NCBI GenBank assembly: GCA_902629465.1
Contig: CACOQX010000003.1
Coordinates: 1 to 61,009 of the forward strand
Length of the DNA: 61,009 nucleotides
Direction of reading: 5' to 3'
Origin: an uncultured SAR86 cluster bacterium
Lineage (GTDB): Bacteria > Pseudomonadota > Gammaproteobacteria > Magnimaribacterales > AG-339-G14
Under the pieces are notes generated by a model. It was not told the DNA's origin, made no database searches, and saw only the letters and a program-made list of their open reading frames with translations. This document shows, in pieces, positions 1 to 8,928 of this stretch. How positions within the stretch are numbered: the first letter of the stretch is position 1; each line of letters starts with the position of its first letter. Both the position numbers and the translations under genes were made by a program.

Positions 1-375
1 AGAATTTTTATTGGAACGTTTTGTCTTTCTGCAGGTTACTATGATGCCTTTTACAATAAGGCTTTGAAAATTAGAAACTTAATAAAGAGTGATTTTGATG
101 AAGCTTTTAAAAAAGTTTCATCGATAGCAATGCCTACTTGCTCTGACTCATCTTTTGAGCTGGGCTCAATAAGCGATCCTGTGGAAATGTATGAACAAGA
201 CATTTATACAATTCCTGCAAACTTGGCTGGTTTGCCAGCGTTATCAATTCCATCAGGTATGGCTGACGAAATGCCAATTGGCCTTCAACTCATTGGAAAC
301 TATCTTGAAGAAGGAAGAATTCTAAACCTTGCAAATAAATTTCAAAAATTAACGGATTTTCATGAGTTTAAATAA
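1..375 (+). CDS. gatA: Glu-tRNA(Gln) amidotransferase subunit A, C-terminal fragment (5' end lies outside the window)
   Basis: Frame +1 is open from base 1. The translation RIFIGTFCLSAGYYDAFYNKALKIRN...GLPALSIPSG...PIGLQLIG matches the GatA C-terminus. It overlaps the gatB start by 14 nt. Confidence 0.9.
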   Translation, partial: RIFIGTFCLSAGYYDAFYNKALKIRNLIKSDFDEAFKKVSSIAMPTCSDSSFELGSISDPVEMYEQDIYTIPANLAGLPALSIPSGMADEMPIGLQLIGNYLEEGRILNLANKFQKLTDFHEFK

Positions 376-1801
376 TTGGCAGCCTGTCATTGGATTGGAA
401 GTTCATGTGCAACTTGCAACCAAAACTAAACTTTTTTCCTCTTCACCAATAGCCTTTGGTGCTGAACCAAATACTCAAGCTAGTGAAATTGACTTAGGGC
501 TTCCTGGTGTATTGCCGGTATTGAACAAGGAAGCAATTTCTCATGCTTTAAAGTTTGGTTGCGCAATAAACGCAGAAATATCTGAAAAAGTGATTTTTGC
601 AAGAAAGAATTACTTTTATCCCGACCTGCCTAAGGGTTACCAAATAAGTCAACTAGATGATCCTATTGTCGGCAGAGGTAGTGTTGAAATAAAACTTGGT
701 AAAAAATCAAAAATTATTGGTGTTACAAGGGCTCATCTTGAAGAAGATGCTGGGAAATCAATCCACGACTTGTACAGTAATAACTCTGCAATAGATTTAA
801 ATAGAGCTGGAACTTGCTTATTAGAAATAGTCTCTGAGCCTGATCTTAGCTCTGCTGAGGAAGCAGTTGAGTATTTAAAAAAAATACACAGTATTGTTAC
901 CTTTTTGGGAATCTCAGATGGCGAAATGTCACAAGGATCTATGAGGTGCGACGCCAACGTATCTGTTAAAAGGCCCAATGATCAAGAATTAGGCACAAGA
1001 ACTGAATTAAAAAATATTAATTCTTTCAAATTTGTTGAAAAAGCAATTATTTTTGAAATAGATAGACAAATAAAAGAGCTTGAAAAGGGAGAAAAAATTG
1101 TTCAAGAAACAAGATTGTATGATTCTAAAAAAAATCTTACGCGATCCATGCGTTCAAAAGAGGAGGCTAATGACTACCGCTATTTTCCAGAACCAGATTT
1201 AATTCCTATAAAAATTTCAAAGGATCAAATTAATGATGTGAGAAAAAATCTTCCTGAATTGCCAGAAATTATGAAAGAAAGGTTTATGAACTCTTACGAA
1301 TTATCAGATGACAATGCTGAACTTGTGACAATAAATAAAGAAACTGCATCCTTTTTTGAAGAAGTATTGTCTTATAAAGTTTCTCCTAAAAATGCCGTAA
1401 ATTGGATCACTGGAGACTTATTTGCCCTGCTTAATAAAAATGACACAAACATTTCTGAATCTAAAGTAAATCCAAAGCATATTGCAGAGATAATTCAAAA
1501 TATTGAAGACCAAAAAATTTCTGGCCCTTCTGCAAAAAAACTTCTTGAGATTGTATGGAGTGAAGGAGGAGAAATACAAGAGCTCATTCAGAAAGAAGGT
1601 TTAAAACAAATTTCAAATGATGATGAAATAGAAAAAATCCTTGATGAGGTGATATTTGAAAATCAAAAACAATTTGAACAGCTAAAGTCAGGCAAAGATA
1701 GATTGCAAGGCTTTTTCGTTGGTCAAGTTATGAAGAAAACTTCGGGAAGTGCAAGCCCACAAGTTGTAAATAAACTTTTAAAGGATAAATTATCTAAGTA
1801 A
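362..1801 (+). CDS. gatB: Asp/Glu-tRNA amidotransferase subunit B
   Basis: ATG start. The N-terminus WQPVIGLEVHVQL, then RCDANVSV and YRYFPEPDL, plus a C-terminal GatB/YqeY-like domain are typical of GatB. It directly follows gatA. Confidence 0.95.
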   Translation: MSLNNWQPVIGLEVHVQLATKTKLFSSSPIAFGAEPNTQASEIDLGLPGVLPVLNKEAISHALKFGCAINAEISEKVIFARKNYFYPDLPKGYQISQLDDPIVGRGSVEIKLGKKSKIIGVTRAHLEEDAGKSIHDLYSNNSAIDLNRAGTCLLEIVSEPDLSSAEEAVEYLKKIHSIVTFLGISDGEMSQGSMRCDANVSVKRPNDQELGTRTELKNINSFKFVEKAIIFEIDRQIKELEKGEKIVQETRLYDSKKNLTRSMRSKEEANDYRYFPEPDLIPIKISKDQINDVRKNLPELPEIMKERFMNSYELSDDNAELVTINKETASFFEEVLSYKVSPKNAVNWITGDLFALLNKNDTNISESKVNPKHIAEIIQNIEDQKISGPSAKKLLEIVWSEGGEIQELIQKEGLKQISNDDEIEKILDEVIFENQKQFEQLKSGKDRLQGFFVGQVMKKTSGSASPQVVNKLLKDKLSK

Positions 1802-2246
1802 TGAACATAGATAAAGACTCGGCTATATAGGCAGGTTTTTCTTGACCTTCTATCTCCATTATAACTTCGTATTTCAAGAGATATCTTCCGTCACCTTTAT
1901 CATCAACAGATAAAAGTGTTGATTTAGTCCTTACTTTTGAACCCACATTAACAGGAGTTAAAAATCGAACTTTATCAAGTCCATAATTAAAAACCATGGT
2001 CATACCCTCGGGAGCAACTTGAGGAGCTGGTAACCCAGCCATCAATGAGAGGGATAAGAATCCATGAGCTATTGTTGAGCCAAAAAGTGGCGTAGCTTTT
2101 TCTGAATCGATATGAATGAATTGATGGTCATTCGTTGCATCAGCAAATTGATTTATTCTATCTTGATCGACTTTTAACCAATCTGAAGCCCCCATATCTT
2201 TACCAATGTAATCTTTTAAAGTGTCTGCAGGTACTAATCCAGCCAT
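1794..2246 (-). CDS. MaoC/NodN-like (R)-specific enoyl-CoA hydratase, hot-dog fold
   Basis: 150 aa with ATNDHQFIHIDSEKA...STIAHGFLSLS, typical of MaoC dehydratase domains. It lies downstream of an acyl-CoA synthetase gene. Confidence 0.75.
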   Translation of the reverse strand: MAGLVPADTLKDYIGKDMGASDWLKVDQDRINQFADATNDHQFIHIDSEKATPLFGSTIAHGFLSLSLMAGLPAPQVAPEGMTMVFNYGLDKVRFLTPVNVGSKVRTKSTLLSVDDKGDGRYLLKYEVIMEIEGQEKPAYIAESLSMFIT

Positions 2247-2264
2247 TGTTTTCTCCTTATTTTT

Positions 2265-3881
2265 TTATTTCACTAAATGATTTTTGTATTCTTCTCGCAA
2301 ACCTGTCTTGAGAAGTTTCCCTGTTGCTCCGTGAGGAAGTTCATCTAGAAAGATAACATCATCAGGAAGCCACCACTTGGCTACTTTATCAGAAAGGTAA
2401 TCCAATACTGAATCTTTATTACATTCTTCCAAGCCATTTTTAACAATAAACAATAAAGGTCTTTCATCCCATTTGGCATGAGCAACTCCAACAACACATG
2501 CCTCTGCCACTCCCGGATGTCCAACCGCCGTATTTTCTAAATCAATAGAACTAATCCACTCTCCTCCAGATTTAATAACGTCTTTACTTCTATCAACTAT
2601 TCTCATATAGCCATGAGTATCTATCGTTGCAACGTCTCCTGTATCAAACCATCCATCTTCCAGAGCAGTCTCATTAGACTTAAAGTAACGTTCAATAATC
2701 GCAGGTCCTTTGACCATAAGTCTTCCAAACGTTTTTCCATCATTGGGAAGAACCTTGCCTTCATCATTTATAATTTTCATTGAACAACCATAAACTGCTC
2801 TACCTTGGCTTGTTTGAATTTCATATCTTTCTTCAAGATCCATACCATCCATCTCTGGAGTGTAGGAATTGAGTGTCCCAAGCGGACTCATTTCTGTCAT
2901 ACCCCACCCATGAAGTAAAAAACAATCATGTTTCTCTTGAAAGGCTTTAATCATAGCTTTTGGAGCAGCAGAACCACCAACCAAAACACTATTAACAGAC
3001 TCAAGTTTGATATTGTTCTTCTCAGTGTAATTCAGCAAGTCAAGCCATACCGTAGGAACTCCCATAAGCTGATTTACTTTTTCAGAAGTAATTAAATTAC
3101 AAATTGATTCACCATCAGTGAAGGGACCTGGAAAAACCATTTTGGCACCGTACATAAATGAGGCATATGGAATTCCCCACGCATTAACATGAAACATAGG
3201 CACTACAGGAAGCAACACGGTTTCAGAAGTTAAATTCATTGCATTCCCGGCAGTAGCATACCAAGCATGCAAAACTGTAGATCTATGAGAATAAAGAACT
3301 CCCTTAGGATTTCCAGTTGTGCCAGACGTATAACATAATGATGAAGCTGTATTCTCGTCAAACTCAGGCCAAACTATTTCTTCAGATTCATCAGCAATAA
3401 GATCCTCATAACAAATGAGATTTTTAATTGATGACGATGGCATGTGCTCTTTATCAGTAAGCACTACAATTCCTTTAACTGTTTTAAGGTCAGAAATGAC
3501 ATTTTCTATGATTGGGAAGAAAGGTGCATCGACGAAGATATATTTATCTTCGGCATGATTAACAATGTATTTAATGTCATCTGGAAACAATCTTGGATTA
3601 AGAGTGTGAAGAACAGCTCCCAATCCAGAAATGCCAAAATAAAGTTCTAAATGGCGATAACTGTTTACTGCCATCGTAGCGATTATATCCCCCTCTTTAA
3701 TTCTTAAATTAAGCAAAGCATTGGCTAATTTCTTTGATCTTTTTGCAGAGTCTTTAATGGTATATCTGTGTATGCCTCCTTCTACAGTGTTGCTTACTAT
3801 TTCTGTTTTGGCGTTATTTTTTATAGCATGTTCTAAAACTCCTGAAATTAGAAGTTGTTCATTCATCATATTCCCTAACAT
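2265..3881 (-). CDS. AMP-dependent acyl-CoA synthetase (long/medium-chain fatty-acid--CoA ligase family)
   Basis: 538 aa with the AMP-binding signature [12 protein letters not shown], then GWGMTE, then DTGD...[16 protein letters not shown]. Confidence 0.85.
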   Translation of the reverse strand: MLGNMMNEQLLISGVLEHAIKNNAKTEIVSNTVEGGIHRYTIKDSAKRSKKLANALLNLRIKEGDIIATMAVNSYRHLELYFGISGLGAVLHTLNPRLFPDDIKYIVNHAEDKYIFVDAPFFPIIENVISDLKTVKGIVVLTDKEHMPSSSIKNLICYEDLIADESEEIVWPEFDENTASSLCYTSGTTGNPKGVLYSHRSTVLHAWYATAGNAMNLTSETVLLPVVPMFHVNAWGIPYASFMYGAKMVFPGPFTDGESICNLITSEKVNQLMGVPTVWLDLLNYTEKNNIKLESVNSVLVGGSAAPKAMIKAFQEKHDCFLLHGWGMTEMSPLGTLNSYTPEMDGMDLEERYEIQTSQGRAVYGCSMKIINDEGKVLPNDGKTFGRLMVKGPAIIERYFKSNETALEDGWFDTGDVATIDTHGYMRIVDRSKDVIKSGGEWISSIDLENTAVGHPGVAEACVVGVAHAKWDERPLLFIVKNGLEECNKDSVLDYLSDKVAKWWLPDDVIFLDELPHGATGKLLKTGLREEYKNHLVK

Positions 3882-3885
3882 AATC

Positions 3886-4941
3886 TCACCTTTTTTTTGT
3901 TAAACCCTTTACGAATAATGGAGAATATCTTCGCTCAAGAAATCCATCAACCTCTTTTTTTGATTCTAAATGAAAAAGTTTTATATCGTTTAAAGAGGAC
4001 ATTAAAAATGGTTTCCATTCTAATAAAATTTCATCAAGAGGATTTTCAAAAATAAATCTAATTGATTTTTTACTGATATTTAAAGCGCGTTTTAATTCCT
4101 TTTCGTTTAACTTCTTAAATGGATCAGAGAAGATTGGTTTTAATTCTTTTGGTAAATATGGAACTTTCTGCTTTGAGTTAAATAAATAATTTAATAAAAA
4201 TTTGTCTGTTTCTTTTAAACCGGTTCCATTGAGAAAATGTCCAACTATTGATTTGTTTAAAGATCTACCTTTTAAGGGGCCTAGAAACAATCTACTTGGG
4301 CAATAATCATTTGCATAAAAATTATCCCAAATGGCTAAAGGATTTTTAAAATAATCTTGAATAGACTTTAGAGATGAATTGTCAATCCTTTCGCTGATAA
4401 CATTATCGCCTGTCCAAAAAATAACTACGCGCTCATTTAAATTTTCTTTTAGCCCTCCTAGATATCCTTCGTCAAATATCCCCTTTGATAAAGATAAATT
4501 ATAAATTGACGGACAAAACCATATATTTTTTTGTTTTGGAAAGTGCATAGAAACTTCGTTTAAAGCTTCTGCATGTTTTTTTCCCAAATCTTTATCTGCC
4601 GCTTCCTGACCAAAATTAGTTATATCAATGTCGTCGAAGAAAACTGCTATTTCATCAAAGCCTGCTTTCTCGAGAGCATGAGATAATTTTCTTTTCAAAA
4701 GTTTTAAATTATTTTTGGTATCTCCAAAAAATTCTGAAGAAGGAGAAACGCAATAAACTTGTTTGATTTTTTTTGGAAGAATTCTTCTCTTGAGATTCTT
4801 ATCAAGTTCCTTCCATCGATTACGCAAATAAATATCTTCTTTTGGTCCATAAAAGTAATGAGAAATGGGTATTTTCAAGTCTTTAAAGGCATCTATTGCT
4901 AACCTCCGAGAGTAATAACCTTCTATATAACCTTTAAACAT
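3886..4941 (-). CDS. GH84-family beta-N-acetylglucosaminidase (O-GlcNAcase-like), no signal peptide
   Basis: 351 aa. Motifs GYIEGYYSR, YFYGPKED, the catalytic-pair motif AVFFDDIDI, FWTGDNVIS, and IWDNFYANDYCPSRLFLGPLKGRS closely resemble the OGA/GH84 core as I recall it for human OGA ([33 protein letters not shown]). Confidence 0.7.
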   Translation of the reverse strand: MFKGYIEGYYSRRLAIDAFKDLKIPISHYFYGPKEDIYLRNRWKELDKNLKRRILPKKIKQVYCVSPSSEFFGDTKNNLKLLKRKLSHALEKAGFDEIAVFFDDIDITNFGQEAADKDLGKKHAEALNEVSMHFPKQKNIWFCPSIYNLSLSKGIFDEGYLGGLKENLNERVVIFWTGDNVISERIDNSSLKSIQDYFKNPLAIWDNFYANDYCPSRLFLGPLKGRSLNKSIVGHFLNGTGLKETDKFLLNYLFNSKQKVPYLPKELKPIFSDPFKKLNEKELKRALNISKKSIRFIFENPLDEILLEWKPFLMSSLNDIKLFHLESKKEVDGFLERRYSPLFVKGLTKKR

Positions 4942-4944
4942 AAT

Positions 4945-5682
4945 TTAGATTCTACAGATCCTACATTCTGGATTTTTATGAATATCAACTCTTTTAAAAA
5001 TTCCTTTCAACGAATCAAAAATCATGAAATATGATTCAAAATTTTCTTCTACAGTCGCTTTTATCACTTCAATTGCCATTAAAGAGCCTATGGCTCCAAC
5101 TAACGGAGAAGCAATTGCAGACTCTCTGCATGACAAATCTTCGTTCTCAAGATCTTCAAATAAACATTCGTAGCAGGAATTCGTAGCATCTCTTAAATCA
5201 AAGCAGCCCAACTGTCCTTTCCAAGCAATAGAGGATCCAGAAATAAGAATTTTGTTATGTTTTACGCAATATTTATTTACAATTTTTCTTGTTTCAAAAT
5301 TGTCAGAGCAATCAAGAATTATTTCTGAATCCTTCAGGAGGCGGTTGATGTTTGCTGAATCAACTTTTTCCTCTAATCCTGTTAGCTCAACAAAAGGATT
5401 TAATTGAGATAATTTTTTTACTGAGGTAGTGGCTTTACTTTTTGATAAGTCATTTTGATCAAAAAGAATTTGCCTTTGTAAATTTGAAGCTTCTACAAAG
5501 TCAAAGTCTATTATTTTGATTTGACCGAATCCAGATAGAGCTGAATAAAGAGAGGCAGAGCATCCTAAGCCGCCTATACCTATGAATGCCAGCGACATAT
5601 CATTAATTTTTTCCTGCCCTTCAATGTCTATTTCAGGCAACATAATATGTCTGCTATATCTTAATAATTCTTCTTTTAACAT
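4945..5682 (-). CDS. moeB: MoeB/ThiF/HesA-family adenylyltransferase
   Basis: RYSRHIMLPEIDIEGQEKI, nucleotide loop IGIGGLGC, and two CxxC pairs (CYEC, CRIC). Its position after prmC matches the Pseudomonas prfA-prmC-moeB order. Confidence 0.8.
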   Translation of the reverse strand: MLKEELLRYSRHIMLPEIDIEGQEKINDMSLAFIGIGGLGCSASLYSALSGFGQIKIIDFDFVEASNLQRQILFDQNDLSKSKATTSVKKLSQLNPFVELTGLEEKVDSANINRLLKDSEIILDCSDNFETRKIVNKYCVKHNKILISGSSIAWKGQLGCFDLRDATNSCYECLFEDLENEDLSCRESAIASPLVGAIGSLMAIEVIKATVEENFESYFMIFDSLKGIFKRVDIHKNPECRICRI

Positions 5683-6485
5683 TGATAAATCGAAACTCTT
5701 TTATCCCCATTTAAATCATTTAAGTTTGAAAAATTAAGATACCCATTTTCCACGGCAAATTTATTTAATTCTTCGTATTGATCGGGAGCATGTTCTAAAT
5801 AAACTTTACCATTTTCATTTAAAAAATTTTTTCCTTTAGATAAAATTAATTTCAAATCAGATAGGCCTTTATCTTTTGAAAATAAAGCTTTTTCTGGTTC
5901 ATGCCAGATTCCTTCTTCTTTTCCAGTAGTTGCCTCTTTATCAACATAAGGCGGATTAGAAATTAGATAATCTACCTGTGGAAAAAGCCATTCATTATTC
6001 CAGTCGTGATTTAAAAAAATTATGTTTTCACAGCAAAACTTCTCTGCATTTTGTTTTGCTACCAAGATACTTTTAATTGAAATATCTGTTGCAAAGATAA
6101 AACAATCTTTATTTTCTTGAGCGATGGATATAGAAATCGCTCCAGACCCTGTTCCAAGCTCAAGAAGAGTTTTGTCTTGTAGATTTTCATTAAGAATTGC
6201 GTCTACCAATGTTTCAGTCTCTGGACGGGGAACAAGGACATCTGGAGTGACAATAAAACTATTTTTCCAAAACCCTTTCTTTCCTATTAAATAGGCTAAG
6301 GGTTTCCCTTCTAATCTCTCTTCGACCATTAGGTCAATGGAGCTTAAATCTTTTTTATTTATTTCTTTATTAGTATCTGAATAAATTTTTGCTTTATCGA
6401 TTTTTAGAACATGTTGAAAAATAATTTCAGCATCACGACTATCAATTTTGTTTTTAATTTCTATTAACTTATCCTTGAGAAGCAT
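5676..6485 (-). CDS. prmC: Release-factor glutamine N5-methyltransferase
   Basis: SAM-binding motif LELGTGSGAISI and the catalytic NPPY motif (ISNPPYV). It lies immediately downstream of prfA with a 1-nt overlap. Confidence 0.9.
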   Translation of the reverse strand: MLLKDKLIEIKNKIDSRDAEIIFQHVLKIDKAKIYSDTNKEINKKDLSSIDLMVEERLEGKPLAYLIGKKGFWKNSFIVTPDVLVPRPETETLVDAILNENLQDKTLLELGTGSGAISISIAQENKDCFIFATDISIKSILVAKQNAEKFCCENIIFLNHDWNNEWLFPQVDYLISNPPYVDKEATTGKEEGIWHEPEKALFSKDKGLSDLKLILSKGKNFLNENGKVYLEHAPDQYEELNKFAVENGYLNFSNLNDLNGDKRVSIYQC

Positions 6486-7576
6486 CAGGTAGGTTCATTT
6501 TCTAGGTTAATAAGTTTTTTTGCTTCATTCTCTTCTGTGAGGGCCGATAAAATGATTTCCATGTCACCATCTAAAAATTCTTCCAAATTATGTACAGAAA
6601 ATTCTATTCTGTGATCAGTTACTCTGCTTTGAGGAAAATTATAAGTCCTAATTTTTTCTGACCTATCACCACTCCCAACCATAATCTTTCTTTGAGAGTC
6701 TAATTCTTTGGCTTGTTCTTCAAGGGCTGCCTCATTCAATTTACTTTGAAGTAAAGACATAGCTTTCTCTTTATTCTTATGTTGCGATCTTCCATCCTGA
6801 CACTCGACAACGATCCCAGATGGAATATGTGTTAGTCTAACTGCAGAGTCAGTTTTATTAACGTGCTGTCCTCCTGCTCCAGATGCTCGAAAAGTATCAA
6901 CTCTAATTTCTGACTTATCAATGTTTATGTTTTCTTGTTCGTCTGCCTCTGGCAGGACGGCTACCGAACATGCCGAGGTATGAATTCTGCCCTGTGATTC
7001 GGTTTCTGGAACTCTTTGAACCCTGTGTATTCCTGATTCATATTTGAGAAAACCATAAGCACCTCTTCCGGTAATTTTAGATACTATTTCTTTGAAACCT
7101 CCTTTTTCGCTTTCTCTAGAGCTAATGATTTCTATTTGCCATTTGCGTCTTTCTGATAGCCTAGAAAACATCCTAAACAAATCGCCAGTAAATAGTCCTG
7201 CTTCATCGCCTCCAGTACCAGCGCGAATTTCTATAAATGCATTTTTTTCGTCATTTGGATCTTTTGGTAACAGCATTTTTTTTAAATTTTCTTCTAACAA
7301 ATCTTTTTTATTTTTGAGACTTTCTAGTTCTTCTTGAGCTAAGGCTCTAATTTCACTATCCGAATCGTTCAAAAGTTGATTTGATTCATCAATATTTTCC
7401 TCAACAGATTTAAATTCGCTAAAGCTATCAACAATAGGTTTCAAGTTTGAATATTCTTTTGAAATAGAAGTAAACTTAGTTTGATTTTCTATAATTTCTG
7501 CCTTTGATAACTCAGATTCCATTTGGGAAAATTTAATTTGAATTTCTTCTAGTTTCTTTTTTACCGACTCCAGCAT
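6485..7576 (-). CDS. prfA: Peptide chain release factor 1
   Basis: GGQ motif (SGAGGQHVNKTDSAVR) and an RF1-type tripeptide region VQRVPETESQGRIHTS. I place the start at the ATG at 7576 (MLESVKKKLEE), giving 363 aa. The longer ORF to 7672 would run across the lolB start. Confidence 0.92.
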   Translation of the reverse strand: MLESVKKKLEEIQIKFSQMESELSKAEIIENQTKFTSISKEYSNLKPIVDSFSEFKSVEENIDESNQLLNDSDSEIRALAQEELESLKNKKDLLEENLKKMLLPKDPNDEKNAFIEIRAGTGGDEAGLFTGDLFRMFSRLSERRKWQIEIISSRESEKGGFKEIVSKITGRGAYGFLKYESGIHRVQRVPETESQGRIHTSACSVAVLPEADEQENINIDKSEIRVDTFRASGAGGQHVNKTDSAVRLTHIPSGIVVECQDGRSQHKNKEKAMSLLQSKLNEAALEEQAKELDSQRKIMVGSGDRSEKIRTYNFPQSRVTDHRIEFSVHNLEEFLDGDMEIILSALTEENEAKKLINLENEPT

Positions 7577-7608
7577 AAAACCTATTATAGTATCTAGTCT
7601 GCTTTCAT

Positions 7609-8049
7609 ATGAAAAAATCGTTTTTAACTTGGAATCTTTTTTTAGTTTTTTTTCTCTTTTCTTGTGCCACAATCGAAATTAAAGAAGACATATTTTCAAA
7701 AAAGGGTAAGTTTTCTCTTGCTTCTAATTCTGAATATTTCTCAGGAATCATAAATGTGAGCGATGTTGAGAAGAGAATTCGATTTAATTTAGATAGTTTG
7801 AGTAAAGAATTTAAAATTTCGTTTACAGATGAAGAAATCAAAACTAACTTTAAATACGAAAACATCATAAAAGAATCTGACTTTAAGTTATTTCTAAAGT
7901 GGTTCTTCTTCGAATGTACAAATATCGAATGTCAAAATTTTACTTTGCAAAATCTTAAACTAAAAAAGCATTTATCAAATAAATCAGGTCTAATTATTCA
8001 AGGAAATTTTCAAAATTTTAGACTGTCACTTAAACTTAATGATATTTAG
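7609..8049 (+). CDS. lolB: Small outer-membrane lipoprotein, LolB-like by position
   Basis: Signal peptide plus lipobox (FLFS-C). It sits immediately upstream of ispE and overlaps it by 11 nt, as lolB does in E. coli and Pseudomonas. At 146 aa it is short, and sequence similarity by eye is weak. Confidence 0.5.
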   Translation: MKKSFLTWNLFLVFFLFSCATIEIKEDIFSKKGKFSLASNSEYFSGIINVSDVEKRIRFNLDSLSKEFKISFTDEEIKTNFKYENIIKESDFKLFLKWFFFECTNIECQNFTLQNLKLKKHLSNKSGLIIQGNFQNFRLSLKLNDI

Positions 8050-8854
8050 TTCTCCAGCAAAAATTAACTTATCTTTGAAAATAATTAGAAAGAGATCTGA
8101 TGGCTTCCATGATATAGATTCAGATTTTCAATTTTTAAATTGGGGCGACAAAATCGAAATTTCTTCTTCAAATAAACTATCAGTTTCAACAACAAAAATT
8201 AAGGTATCTCAACAAGAAAACCTAGTTACTCAAGCTTTGAAAAAAATTGAGTCCTTTTGTGATACCGAACTTAATTATTCTATAAAAATTGAAAAAAACA
8301 TTCCTCTCGGCTCTGGACTTGGAGGCGGTAGTTCCAATGCGGCAACTGCAATGCTAGCAGTTAATAGTCTCGCAAAACTCAATTTATCCTTGGACGTTTT
8401 ATTAGATCTGGGTAAATCTTTAGGATCGGACATACCATTTTTTTTAAAAGGTCTATCTGGAAAAGTCTCTGGAATAGGTGAGATAATTGAGCCTGAGGAA
8501 TTTCCAGAAAATCTAGTCATGATTCTATTTCCTGAATGTTCAATATCCACAAAAGATGCCTATGACGCTGTAACATCAAAGGAAATTTCAAATAAAAGAC
8601 AGAGGTTAAAGGGTAACTTTTTTGAAGAGTGGGTTTTGTTAAATTATCCTCAGGTCAGAGAAGCATTTGACTTTTTAAGTAAGAATAGCGAAGTAACCAT
8701 ATCAGGAACAGGAAGTAGTATGTTCACAAAAATTAATTCTTTTGAAGAGGGAAAGGAAATAATGGATAATGCACCAAGAAAATTAGCATATGTTATTACT
8801 AATACTATTAACAAATCGCCTTTATTAAATGAACTGCTTAATTCTGGGGTGTAG
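8039..8854 (+). CDS. ispE: 4-diphosphocytidyl-2-C-methyl-D-erythritol kinase
   Basis: N-terminus SPAKINLSLKI..KR.DGFHDI and GHMP-kinase motif PLGSGLGGGSSNAA. The stop TAG (8852-8854) lies inside tRNA-Gln. Confidence 0.92.
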   Translation: MIFSSPAKINLSLKIIRKRSDGFHDIDSDFQFLNWGDKIEISSSNKLSVSTTKIKVSQQENLVTQALKKIESFCDTELNYSIKIEKNIPLGSGLGGGSSNAATAMLAVNSLAKLNLSLDVLLDLGKSLGSDIPFFLKGLSGKVSGIGEIIEPEEFPENLVMILFPECSISTKDAYDAVTSKEISNKRQRLKGNFFEEWVLLNYPQVREAFDFLSKNSEVTISGTGSSMFTKINSFEEGKEIMDNAPRKLAYVITNTINKSPLLNELLNSGV

Positions 8855-8919
8855 CCAAGCGGTAAGGCAGCGGCTTTTGATGCCGCCATGCGATGGTTCG
8901 AATCCATCCACCCCAGCCA
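8845..8919 (+). tRNA. tRNA-Gln (anticodon UUG)
   Basis: 75 nt: TGGGGTG TA GCCAAGCGGTAAGGC A GCGGC TTTTGAT GCCGC CATG CGATGGTTCGAATCCATC CACCCCA G CCA. It folds into a cloverleaf, has an encoded CCA, and is near-identical in architecture to E. coli tRNA-Gln. Confidence 0.93.
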
Positions 8920-8928
8920 AAAATAAAA

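Noticed and set aside
7577-7672. A 32-codon N-terminal extension of the prfA ORF (MWHKKREKKLKK...).
   Set aside because: It would overlap the divergent lolB start. The internal ATG at 7576 gives a 363-aa RF1 whose N-terminus (MLESVKKKLEE) has typical length and character.
8543-8551. A DnaA-box-like 9-mer (ATATCCACA, 8/9 match to TTATCCACA) inside ispE.
   Set aside because: It is a single imperfect copy within coding sequence. There is no cluster of boxes, AT-rich unwinding element, or dnaA/dnaN/gidA context.
8893-8928. A 12-codon N-terminal extension of prs ([12 protein letters not shown]).
   Set aside because: It is translated from the 3' half of tRNA-Gln. The ATG at 8929 gives the canonical Prs N-terminus.
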